Shown one piece after another: positions 57,119 through 64,000 of a stretch of 64,000 bases of DNA (its first letter is position 1; each line of letters starts with the position of its first letter). Position numbers and translations under genes: made by a program. The notes under the pieces were generated by a model. The model saw nothing but the letters and a program-made list of their open reading frames with translations, searched no databases and was not told where the DNA came from. Source of the stretch: an uncultured Gammaproteobacteria bacterium (lineage in GTDB: Bacteria > Patescibacteriota > Microgenomatia > UBA8517); the NCBI GenBank assembly GCA_964600575.1, contig CAZRJH010000001.1:92651-156650 (forward strand), in the 5' to 3' direction.

Positions 57119-58577
57119 CAAGAATATCAACATTATGGTTGTTGGTTTGGGTAACCACGCGAGACGTATATACGTACCGGCATTGGTTAAATATGCAAAA
57201 AAATACGATATAAAAATCACAGGAATAGAGCTCCATTCTAATAAAACTTTGATTGAAAATTATATTAAAGAAAAAGAATACAAAGTCGACATGCACTACC
57301 TGGACCCCTTTAGGGCATCGGATAATTTACCAAAAGGCGTTGTAGGTGAACTGGATAGAATTTGCGGAAAAAACGAAATTAATGCAGTGATAATCTCGAC
57401 AGACCCCTTAACTCACAAGATGTATGCTAAATGGGCACTTTCACGCAAACTAAATATTCTTATGGATAAACCTATAACCACCAGAATGTGGGCAGTGAGT
57501 TCAGACAAAGCCGCAAAAGACATATCTAAAGATTATCAGGACTTACTTAAACTTTATAAAAAGGTCCAAAAAACTAAAGAAACAATTTTTTCTATTAACA
57601 CACAAAGAAGGTATGAGATAGGTTACCAGAAAGTATTTTCGTTAATTAAAGAAGTCTCCGATAAGTTTAATGTTCCTGTTACCTCTATTCAATCAATGCA
57701 TGCCGACGGAGTTTGGATATTCCCGGACGAAGTTGTAGAACAAAAGTGCCACCCGTATAACGAAGGTTATGGAAAGTGTTCTCATAGCGGATTTCACCTT
57801 TTCGACATAGTTTGGCAGTTTTACAAAGCCGGCATTGTAAAAGGAAAGCAACCCGACAGTTCGGAGGTTTTTACTTCTTTTGTAACACCGGAGGGAACAA
57901 TAACTCAAATAAACCAAGATGATTACAGAAGTTATTTTGGAAAGTCATATGATAACCGAAAAAGAAGATCACAAAAAGAGCTTTATAAAATTGTTAAAAA
58001 CTACGGTGAAAGTGACTCTTTCTCTGTGGTAAGACTTTTAAATAAAGGTAGAAACATTTGCAATTTGTCCATAAATTTGCTTCATAACAGTTTTTCAAGA
58101 AGGTCGTGGGTTGAACCCGCAAAAGATTTGTACAAAGGGAATGGGAGAATTAAGCATCAAAGCTACATTATTGAGCAAGGGCCATTTCAGTGTATACAAA
58201 TTCACAACTATCAATCAAAAGATAAACAGGAAGTAAATTCAATTTCCGACTACGAGGTTGGGGGTAACAATCATTTTGACATCTATGTTTTTAGAAACGA
58301 AAAAATGTTTGGAAAAAACGAAGTTCCTATGAGAGTGATTAGACTCAAAGATCTGGTGGCAAAAGATAATGATAACTCAAAGCTTTATCACGAGACAGCC
58401 AAAAACCAGGCAATTTTGGAATTTTTAGATTATGTTAAAGGAAAAACAAAACTCTCAGAGACTACTTCTAATATTGATACCTACGAAGTACCCGTAAATA
58501 TAATGAGCTCGATTTACAGGTCACATGTGCGATCGTCTGGTGGTAAAAATCCGTTAATCAGATTCAAAATAAAATGA
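57111..58577 (+). CDS. Gfo/Idh/MocA family NAD(P)-dependent oxidoreductase
   Basis: VVGLGNHA, ISTDPLTH, ILMDKP, QRRY, HSGFHLFD; start overlaps upstream stop. Confidence 0.85.
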   Translation: MNNKNINIMVVGLGNHARRIYVPALVKYAKKYDIKITGIELHSNKTLIENYIKEKEYKVDMHYLDPFRASDNLPKGVVGELDRICGKNEINAVIISTDPLTHKMYAKWALSRKLNILMDKPITTRMWAVSSDKAAKDISKDYQDLLKLYKKVQKTKETIFSINTQRRYEIGYQKVFSLIKEVSDKFNVPVTSIQSMHADGVWIFPDEVVEQKCHPYNEGYGKCSHSGFHLFDIVWQFYKAGIVKGKQPDSSEVFTSFVTPEGTITQINQDDYRSYFGKSYDNRKRRSQKELYKIVKNYGESDSFSVVRLLNKGRNICNLSINLLHNSFSRRSWVEPAKDLYKGNGRIKHQSYIIEQGPFQCIQIHNYQSKDKQEVNSISDYEVGGNNHFDIYVFRNEKMFGKNEVPMRVIRLKDLVAKDNDNSKLYHETAKNQAILEFLDYVKGKTKLSETTSNIDTYEVPVNIMSSIYRSHVRSSGGKNPLIRFKIK

Positions 58578-59932
58578 AAATAAATAAAGCAATCAACGCG
58601 TTAGTACAAGGTCTTAAAGACGGCGGAGCGGATTTTGCAACAAATTTTCCTGGTTTTTACAGCCAAGATATTTTTGAAGCGCTAGGAGGTAAAGATATCT
58701 CTATAAACGAACGAGTTGCCTTGGAAAACTGCTATGGGGCAAGTATGGCGGGCGTAAGAAGTGTTGTTTCATTTAAGAGTACCGGTCTAAATGTAGCATC
58801 GGATGTCTTTTTTCACTCAGTTTTAAACGGTCTAGAAGCAGGTATGGTTATAGTTTTAACCGAAGATGTTGAGTGTGCAAGTTCTCCTGAACGTCAGGAT
58901 TCCAGGCCCTTTTCGGATGTTTATGGTGGGTTGTGGTTTGAGCCCTCAAACCTTCAGGAAGCATATGACTTTGCTAGAGAAAGTTTTTTATTGTCAGAAC
59001 AAATGGATCTGCCGATAGTTATCAGGTTAACTAATCAATTTTTTGAGCTTAGTGGCGATTTTTTAGAAAAAACAAAAGTGCCTAAGTATATTTCTAGCAA
59101 AATAAACAAGAATAAATACGTTTCGTACTGGAAACAAAGAGATGATGCTTTATCTGACAAAAATTTAAGAATCAAAAATTATATTGAAGGTTTGTATCCG
59201 CCCGAAACTTATTCTTTTAAACACGAAAAGGGTTTGGTTGTTGTAGGTAATAATCAAAAAGAGTTGGCAAATTATGGCAAAACTAACCATGATATTTTAA
59301 AAATTGTTACATATCCAATTCCGGAGAATGTAATTAAGTCTTTTGTTAGGGGTAAAAAGGAAATAAAAGTTTTTGAACAAGGAAGGGGTTTTGTTAGTTC
59401 CAAAATAAAGGCCCTTGTCTCTGCAGATATTAATTTTGTGGTCGAGACGGGATTTGCCCCGGACAGATCTTCGGATTGGAAAGTTTTTAATGATCACGAA
59501 AAACTCTTTAGGGGTCTTTCCGCTGTTAACCCTGAGTTTGTTGCAGGTGACGAGGGAATGTTTACCGACGAATCCACAAAGTCAATCTCGGTTTGTTTAG
59601 CAATGGGAGCCAGTGTCGGTGTTGCAATGGGCTATGCACTTGCTAAAGGCGGTTACCCCTTTTGTGTAATTGGCGACACCTCGTTTACATTCGGTGGAAA
59701 ACAAGCGTTGGAAGAAGCGTTTGTTAAAAAAGTAAAGTTTGGTGTAGTTGTTTTGGATAACAATGGAGCTAAGTCTACCGGAGGTCAAAAACAAGCCGGT
59801 TTTTTAGATTTTCCTTATGTCGAATCTCAAACTGTAGATTTTGAATCAACATCCAAAGAAGATTTTCAACAGATTCTTTCTAATATGCAGTCTCAAGGAG
59901 ACTTGTCAATTTTATATGTCAAAACTAAATAA
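58574..59932 (+). CDS. thiamine diphosphate-dependent enzyme (IorA-like, no ferredoxin domain)
   Basis: NFPG, SINERVALE, K..GLNVASD, QDSR, MGAS, GDTSF..VLDN. Confidence 0.82.
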   Translation: MKINKAINALVQGLKDGGADFATNFPGFYSQDIFEALGGKDISINERVALENCYGASMAGVRSVVSFKSTGLNVASDVFFHSVLNGLEAGMVIVLTEDVECASSPERQDSRPFSDVYGGLWFEPSNLQEAYDFARESFLLSEQMDLPIVIRLTNQFFELSGDFLEKTKVPKYISSKINKNKYVSYWKQRDDALSDKNLRIKNYIEGLYPPETYSFKHEKGLVVVGNNQKELANYGKTNHDILKIVTYPIPENVIKSFVRGKKEIKVFEQGRGFVSSKIKALVSADINFVVETGFAPDRSSDWKVFNDHEKLFRGLSAVNPEFVAGDEGMFTDESTKSISVCLAMGASVGVAMGYALAKGGYPFCVIGDTSFTFGGKQALEEAFVKKVKFGVVVLDNNGAKSTGGQKQAGFLDFPYVESQTVDFESTSKEDFQQILSNMQSQGDLSILYVKTK

Positions 59933-60659
59933 GACAGTATTTATAACTGGCGGTGCTACTGGAATTGGTTATGAAACAGCCAAAGTCCTGAGTTTGCAGG
60001 GTTGGAATATTGTTTTATTTGGCAACAATTTGGAAACCTTAGAAGAAGCCAAGAGAAACTTAGAAAATGTTGAATGTTTGGTTGATATTTACCAGGGTAG
60101 CGTTACCCAAAAGGAGGACTTGGAAAACGCTATGTCAGAATCAGTTAAAAAATACGGAAGTCTAAACGGTTTGGTTAACTGTGCTGGAATTTCTAAAATT
60201 CAAGAGCGTGGAATCACCGATGAATCTGCCTTCAAAGAGCTTTTGGAAGTTAATTTAACAGGTACCTATTTAGCCTGTATGCTTTTTGGATACACATTTG
60301 GATCAGAAAATTCCGCGATTGTTAACATTGCCTCTATTAGGGCCAGAACAGGAACGGATTCTTTTTCCCCAGGTTATGCTGCTTCAAAAGCTGGGGTTAT
60401 TAACTTAACAAAGACTTTGGCTTTAGAACTAGCTCCCAAAATTAGAGTTAATGCCGTTTCACCAGGGGCCACCTATCCAACGGAGTTAAGTAAGGTATGG
60501 GATCAAGCAAAAAGAGAAGAAATTGCTTCTATGGTGCCAATGAGAAGACTAGGGAGCCCCTTGGACATAGCTAATGTAATTGAGTTTTTGTTATCTGATA
60601 AATCCTCATATGTAACCGGACACACTCTTGATGTTAACGGTGGTCAATGGATGAACTAA
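59916..60659 (+). CDS. short-chain dehydrogenase/reductase (FabG-like)
   Basis: TGGATGIG, NCAG, YAASK, VNAVSPG, VTG..L.VNGG. Confidence 0.93.
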   Translation: MSKLNKTVFITGGATGIGYETAKVLSLQGWNIVLFGNNLETLEEAKRNLENVECLVDIYQGSVTQKEDLENAMSESVKKYGSLNGLVNCAGISKIQERGITDESAFKELLEVNLTGTYLACMLFGYTFGSENSAIVNIASIRARTGTDSFSPGYAASKAGVINLTKTLALELAPKIRVNAVSPGATYPTELSKVWDQAKREEIASMVPMRRLGSPLDIANVIEFLLSDKSSYVTGHTLDVNGGQWMN

Positions 60660-60661
60660 TT

Positions 60662-61462
60662 ATGGAAAAGCTAAACATATATGCATTAGAGGGCGCGGCG
60701 TTTGCAGGTAAAACCACTTTGGCTGAGTATCTTAAAAAATACTACTCAGACAAAATTATTTGTATTCCTGAAGCGTCTGAGTTTGTTGGCGGGGATAAAA
60801 ACTTTCCCGACGTACCCTTTAAGACGCTAAAAGACGCCAAGGCTAGTACTTATTTTTTTATCGAAGTAGAAAAACAAAGATGTGCGGCAGCTATACAAGC
60901 TAATCAAAAAACAGGTCTACCTGTGGTTATGGACAGGACAACACCTATATCTTCTTTAATATTTTATTCACTGTTGAGGTACAAAGATCCTGCAAGTAGT
61001 AAATTTATTACAGATTTTTACAATCACGCAATGGAAGCATTTCAGGTCCAGATTGACGAAGGCAACATTTTTGTTCCCGGGCAAATAATATATCTAAGGC
61101 CAAAAAATAAAGATATTTTTGAAAAAAGGCTTTCTAGAGGCACAAAAAACGGAGTGTTTGCTGACTGGAGTAGTTTTGTCTTTCTGGATGATGTTTACCA
61201 AAAGTTAATTGCACATCATTACCCTAAAGATAATCATTTGATTATCGAAACCGAAAATACCCAAGCTAACTTGGAAAATGCGGCATCAGAAGCACTCAAC
61301 TTTACATTGAATAAAGGAAGTGTTCCTTTGGGAAACGTTTTTCGTAATTTTTTGGGAGATCAGCAAAATTTGAAGTTAGGTGTAACTATTCAAGAAGAAA
61401 ATGAATTCAAGGAAAGTATGAAACGTGCTGCCTGGCTAATTACCAATACACAAAACACATGA
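60662..61462 (+). CDS. deoxynucleoside/thymidylate kinase-like P-loop protein
   Basis: ALEGAAFAGKTT, IPE, VMDRT, R..RG lid (start 60647 also possible). Confidence 0.78.
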   Translation: MEKLNIYALEGAAFAGKTTLAEYLKKYYSDKIICIPEASEFVGGDKNFPDVPFKTLKDAKASTYFFIEVEKQRCAAAIQANQKTGLPVVMDRTTPISSLIFYSLLRYKDPASSKFITDFYNHAMEAFQVQIDEGNIFVPGQIIYLRPKNKDIFEKRLSRGTKNGVFADWSSFVFLDDVYQKLIAHHYPKDNHLIIETENTQANLENAASEALNFTLNKGSVPLGNVFRNFLGDQQNLKLGVTIQEENEFKESMKRAAWLITNTQNT

Positions 61463-62226
61463 GCTTAGAAAACGGACACATCTACATAGAAGGATCAGAT
61501 TGTACGGGTAAAGATTCCCTGGGGGCTTTGTTGGCCGATAAATATCAGATAACAAACATCCAAAAACTTTCCATGCACTCCAATAATCCCTGGGACGCCG
61601 ATAGAACCGGCGAGTTGCCTTCTGGGCATCCGTTGTTCCCCGCCTATCTTATAAGGTCGATTCTGTGGGATATTCGAAGGTTTCAACCAAATAAGGTAGA
61701 TAGACAGTTGCAAATTTCTTTTACGGCTGCAAGATCTTCCGCCTGGACTAGGGCAACAGGAGATCCTTTGAAAGATGTGTTTACTGATCTTTTAAAATTT
61801 ACACCTAAGTTCCAACATACGTTCTTGCTTATGGCGTCTGTCGAGGTTAAGCAAGAAAGACTTAAAAAACGCGCAGCCGAAGGGGGGCATGCGTCTGTTA
61901 TAGACAAAATGGTCTTTACCAAACCGGACTTTGTCCGAAATGTTGACAGTGAACTTAAAACTGTTATGGAAAATCATCTAAATGCGACAGTAATCAATAC
62001 CGATTCCCTGACGCTTGACGAGGTTGGCAATACTGCTGTGGCACGAATAGATGGAGGTTCGGTTTCACTAATAAGAAATGGTTTGGAAGTTTTACAGGCG
62101 GATATTACAGATGAACTTGGACGTTTTTACAAAGAAATAATATATTTTGCCGACACAGTTGCGAAAAAGATGAACCTGAAAGAAGATGAGTTGACAAAGA
62201 TTAAACAGCCCTTTAGGCCGCTATAA
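61459..62226 (+). CDS. second thymidylate/nucleotide kinase-like P-loop protein
   Basis: IYIEGSDCTGKDS, LMASVEVKQERLKKR lid, INTD..TLDEV. Confidence 0.72.
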   Translation: MSLENGHIYIEGSDCTGKDSLGALLADKYQITNIQKLSMHSNNPWDADRTGELPSGHPLFPAYLIRSILWDIRRFQPNKVDRQLQISFTAARSSAWTRATGDPLKDVFTDLLKFTPKFQHTFLLMASVEVKQERLKKRAAEGGHASVIDKMVFTKPDFVRNVDSELKTVMENHLNATVINTDSLTLDEVGNTAVARIDGGSVSLIRNGLEVLQADITDELGRFYKEIIYFADTVAKKMNLKEDELTKIKQPFRPL

Positions 62227-62228
62227 AT

Positions 62229-63332
62229 ATGGATAACGAAAAAAGAATTGGCCAAATTACATATGACGAGGCACCGAGGCCATCCTTTTCAAGATTCGAA
62301 CAAAATCTGCAAAAAGGCGGTCCATTGCCAATATTTACTTTGGCAACACCTGCAGAAGCCGGAGCGGGTGTGTTACTTGTGGGTGACTATATCGCCCAGG
62401 ATTTTATCTCTTATGCCCAAATTAATATTCCAAGTTTTAGAGATAGATGGATTGTTATGACAACTACTCAAAGCGATGCGATACCTACCGATTGTGTAGA
62501 TGCAGATTTTAACTTTTTTAGCAATAAGCGAAGGGTCGGTGATTATCTTAAAAGTGCTGCCGGGCAGGTTCCTTTTTCTACAGAATTGGCAGACGCTCAT
62601 TATGTAGACGAAAATATTTTTAAACCTGATAACTCATATCAAAAAGAATGGGACATCTTTTATGCGGCCAAATGGTATCCGACTAAGATGACGGAGCTGT
62701 TAATAGAATCTGCAAAAATTAATCCGAGTTTAAAGGTCGGTATTTATGGCTGGCCTGTGGTTTCTGAAAGAAAAATCCATTCAAGTATGCAATACCGCGA
62801 CATGATTCTGGACCTTTCTAAGGGAATGTCGAATGTACAGATTTTTGATTCTGGATTTGATTTGGACAAAGTTCAACATGTAAACAAAGACGGCAGTTTT
62901 GTAATAGGTGATTTAACAAAAGAACAAATGAGAGATATGTTTTTTAGAAGAGCTAAATCTACTGTGTTTTTGTCGGAAAAGACCGAGGCCGTAAATAGGT
63001 CTTGTGCCGAAATGTTATCTTGCGATGTTCCGGTTATGGTAGCACCGACAGACGGTGGCATGGAGGACTTGGTAACTTCCGTGACAGGAGTAATGATAGA
63101 CAGATCTCCTGAGGGTATAGTTTCCGGTTATCAAAGCATAGTTGAAAACAACGGTCTTTCTCCTAGAAACGGCTTTTTGCAAAGATATGGTCGGGAAAAG
63201 GCAAATAAAAGAATGGCGGAAATTATTGAAGATGTGGCCAAAACTAAAGGTTTAAATATCAATATCTCAAAGCTAAGAAAATATGGTGGTGACTTGTGGA
63301 CAAATAAGGATTCGTATTTGCAGATCTTTTAA
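62229..63332 (+). CDS. glycosyltransferase (GT-B, GT4-like)
   Basis: VDENIFKP, WDIFYAAKWYPTK, S..EAVNRSCAEMLSCDVPV. Confidence 0.72.
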   Translation: MDNEKRIGQITYDEAPRPSFSRFEQNLQKGGPLPIFTLATPAEAGAGVLLVGDYIAQDFISYAQINIPSFRDRWIVMTTTQSDAIPTDCVDADFNFFSNKRRVGDYLKSAAGQVPFSTELADAHYVDENIFKPDNSYQKEWDIFYAAKWYPTKMTELLIESAKINPSLKVGIYGWPVVSERKIHSSMQYRDMILDLSKGMSNVQIFDSGFDLDKVQHVNKDGSFVIGDLTKEQMRDMFFRRAKSTVFLSEKTEAVNRSCAEMLSCDVPVMVAPTDGGMEDLVTSVTGVMIDRSPEGIVSGYQSIVENNGLSPRNGFLQRYGREKANKRMAEIIEDVAKTKGLNINISKLRKYGGDLWTNKDSYLQIF

Positions 63333-63919
63333 TTTTGTGCCAACTTTTCTAATTCTGCTGCTTTTTCTAGTATAGAAAGGTCCCTCATAGTTATATATTT
63401 GTCGTCGTATCTGTCGGATTTGTTAGAAGAAACCAATCTAATTGCTTCATTAATGTCTTTTACCCAGGTTAAACTAAAATCTTGTGAAACCTCTGCTGAA
63501 TCAAGGCTCATCCCCACCTCTCGCTTAGTCCTTGCTACATAGCAGTGGGATATCTGAACCAGTTTCCATTTTCCTCTGTTTTCCATTGTTATGCCTAAGT
63601 TGGCCTCTTTGTCTACTGTCCAGCCCGTTTCTTCTAACAACTCTCTTTTGAAAGCTTGATCTAGGGTCTCGTTTTCTTTTTTGCCGCCGCCGGGGAGTTT
63701 GTAGACCTCAAATTGTCCTATGTGCATAAGTGCTACCTCACCGTCTTCGTTGTACACAACGGCACGCACCGCCTCGCGGACATTCCAATCCTCTTCGGGG
63801 TGAGTTTCTTGGCCATAGATGTCCTTATCGGACAAGTAGTCAATAAGCTCTGTCATATCTTTTGGTTTTTCTGTATGGGGATTGGGCAATTTATCTAGCG
63901 GTTTTTCTACCTGCTTCAT
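63329..63919 (-). CDS. NUDIX hydrolase
   Basis: KLPGGG..NET..AFKRELLEETG Nudix box. Confidence 0.92.
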   Translation of the reverse strand: MKQVEKPLDKLPNPHTEKPKDMTELIDYLSDKDIYGQETHPEEDWNVREAVRAVVYNEDGEVALMHIGQFEVYKLPGGGKKENETLDQAFKRELLEETGWTVDKEANLGITMENRGKWKLVQISHCYVARTKREVGMSLDSAEVSQDFSLTWVKDINEAIRLVSSNKSDRYDDKYITMRDLSILEKAAELEKLAQN

Positions 63920-64000
63920 CGATTCTGATGTTTTTCCAACCTTTACCTATACGAGCAATTATACCTAAAAAGGCAGGTTCAGTCAACCAATCGTATGTTA

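Noticed and set aside
58574-59932. iorA of indolepyruvate:ferredoxin oxidoreductase
   Set aside because: No Fe-S domain and no iorB neighbour.
1-64000. Alternative genetic code (TGA=Gly)
   Set aside because: Conserved genes such as uvrB and uvrC end at TGA, and ORFs are intact under code 11.

Overview
Chromosomal segment of an AT-rich, gene-dense bacterium using genetic code 11. Gene content, short UvrC/ObgE forms and pervasive leaderless genes point to a Patescibacteria/CPR organism of Microgenomates (Woesebacteria-like) type; this assignment is inferred. In order, the window holds: (i) two atypical tRNA genes (Cys-like, Phe-like) in a highly structured RNA-like region; (ii) ruvC, holA and a sugar-phosphate/lower-glycolysis cluster (pgm/pmm, IMPase, PfkB, pgi/pmi, ppsA, eno, gpmI); (iii) lexA, a queuosine-salvage gene and uvrB/uvrA/uvrC; (iv) a GC-richer two-gene insert with a terminator-containing leader and a branched 3' RNA structure; (v) secG, an SBP, DsbA, an L,D-transpeptidase, obgE and many orphans; (vi) tRNA-His with a duplicated 3' end; (vii) at 55.2-63.9 kb, the best candidate for an undescribed system. 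That candidate is a tightly coupled 7-gene operon (L-threonine-transaldolase-like PLP enzyme, Gfo/Idh/MocA dehydrogenase, ThDP enzyme, SDR, two nucleoside/nucleotide kinase-like proteins, glycosyltransferase) with a convergent NUDIX gene and a divergent NDT-fold/ribbon-helix-helix regulator beside a perfect palindromic operator. It looks like a modified-nucleoside/nucleotide pathway in a lineage thought to have almost no biosynthesis. All calls come from motif reading only; no database searches were run.
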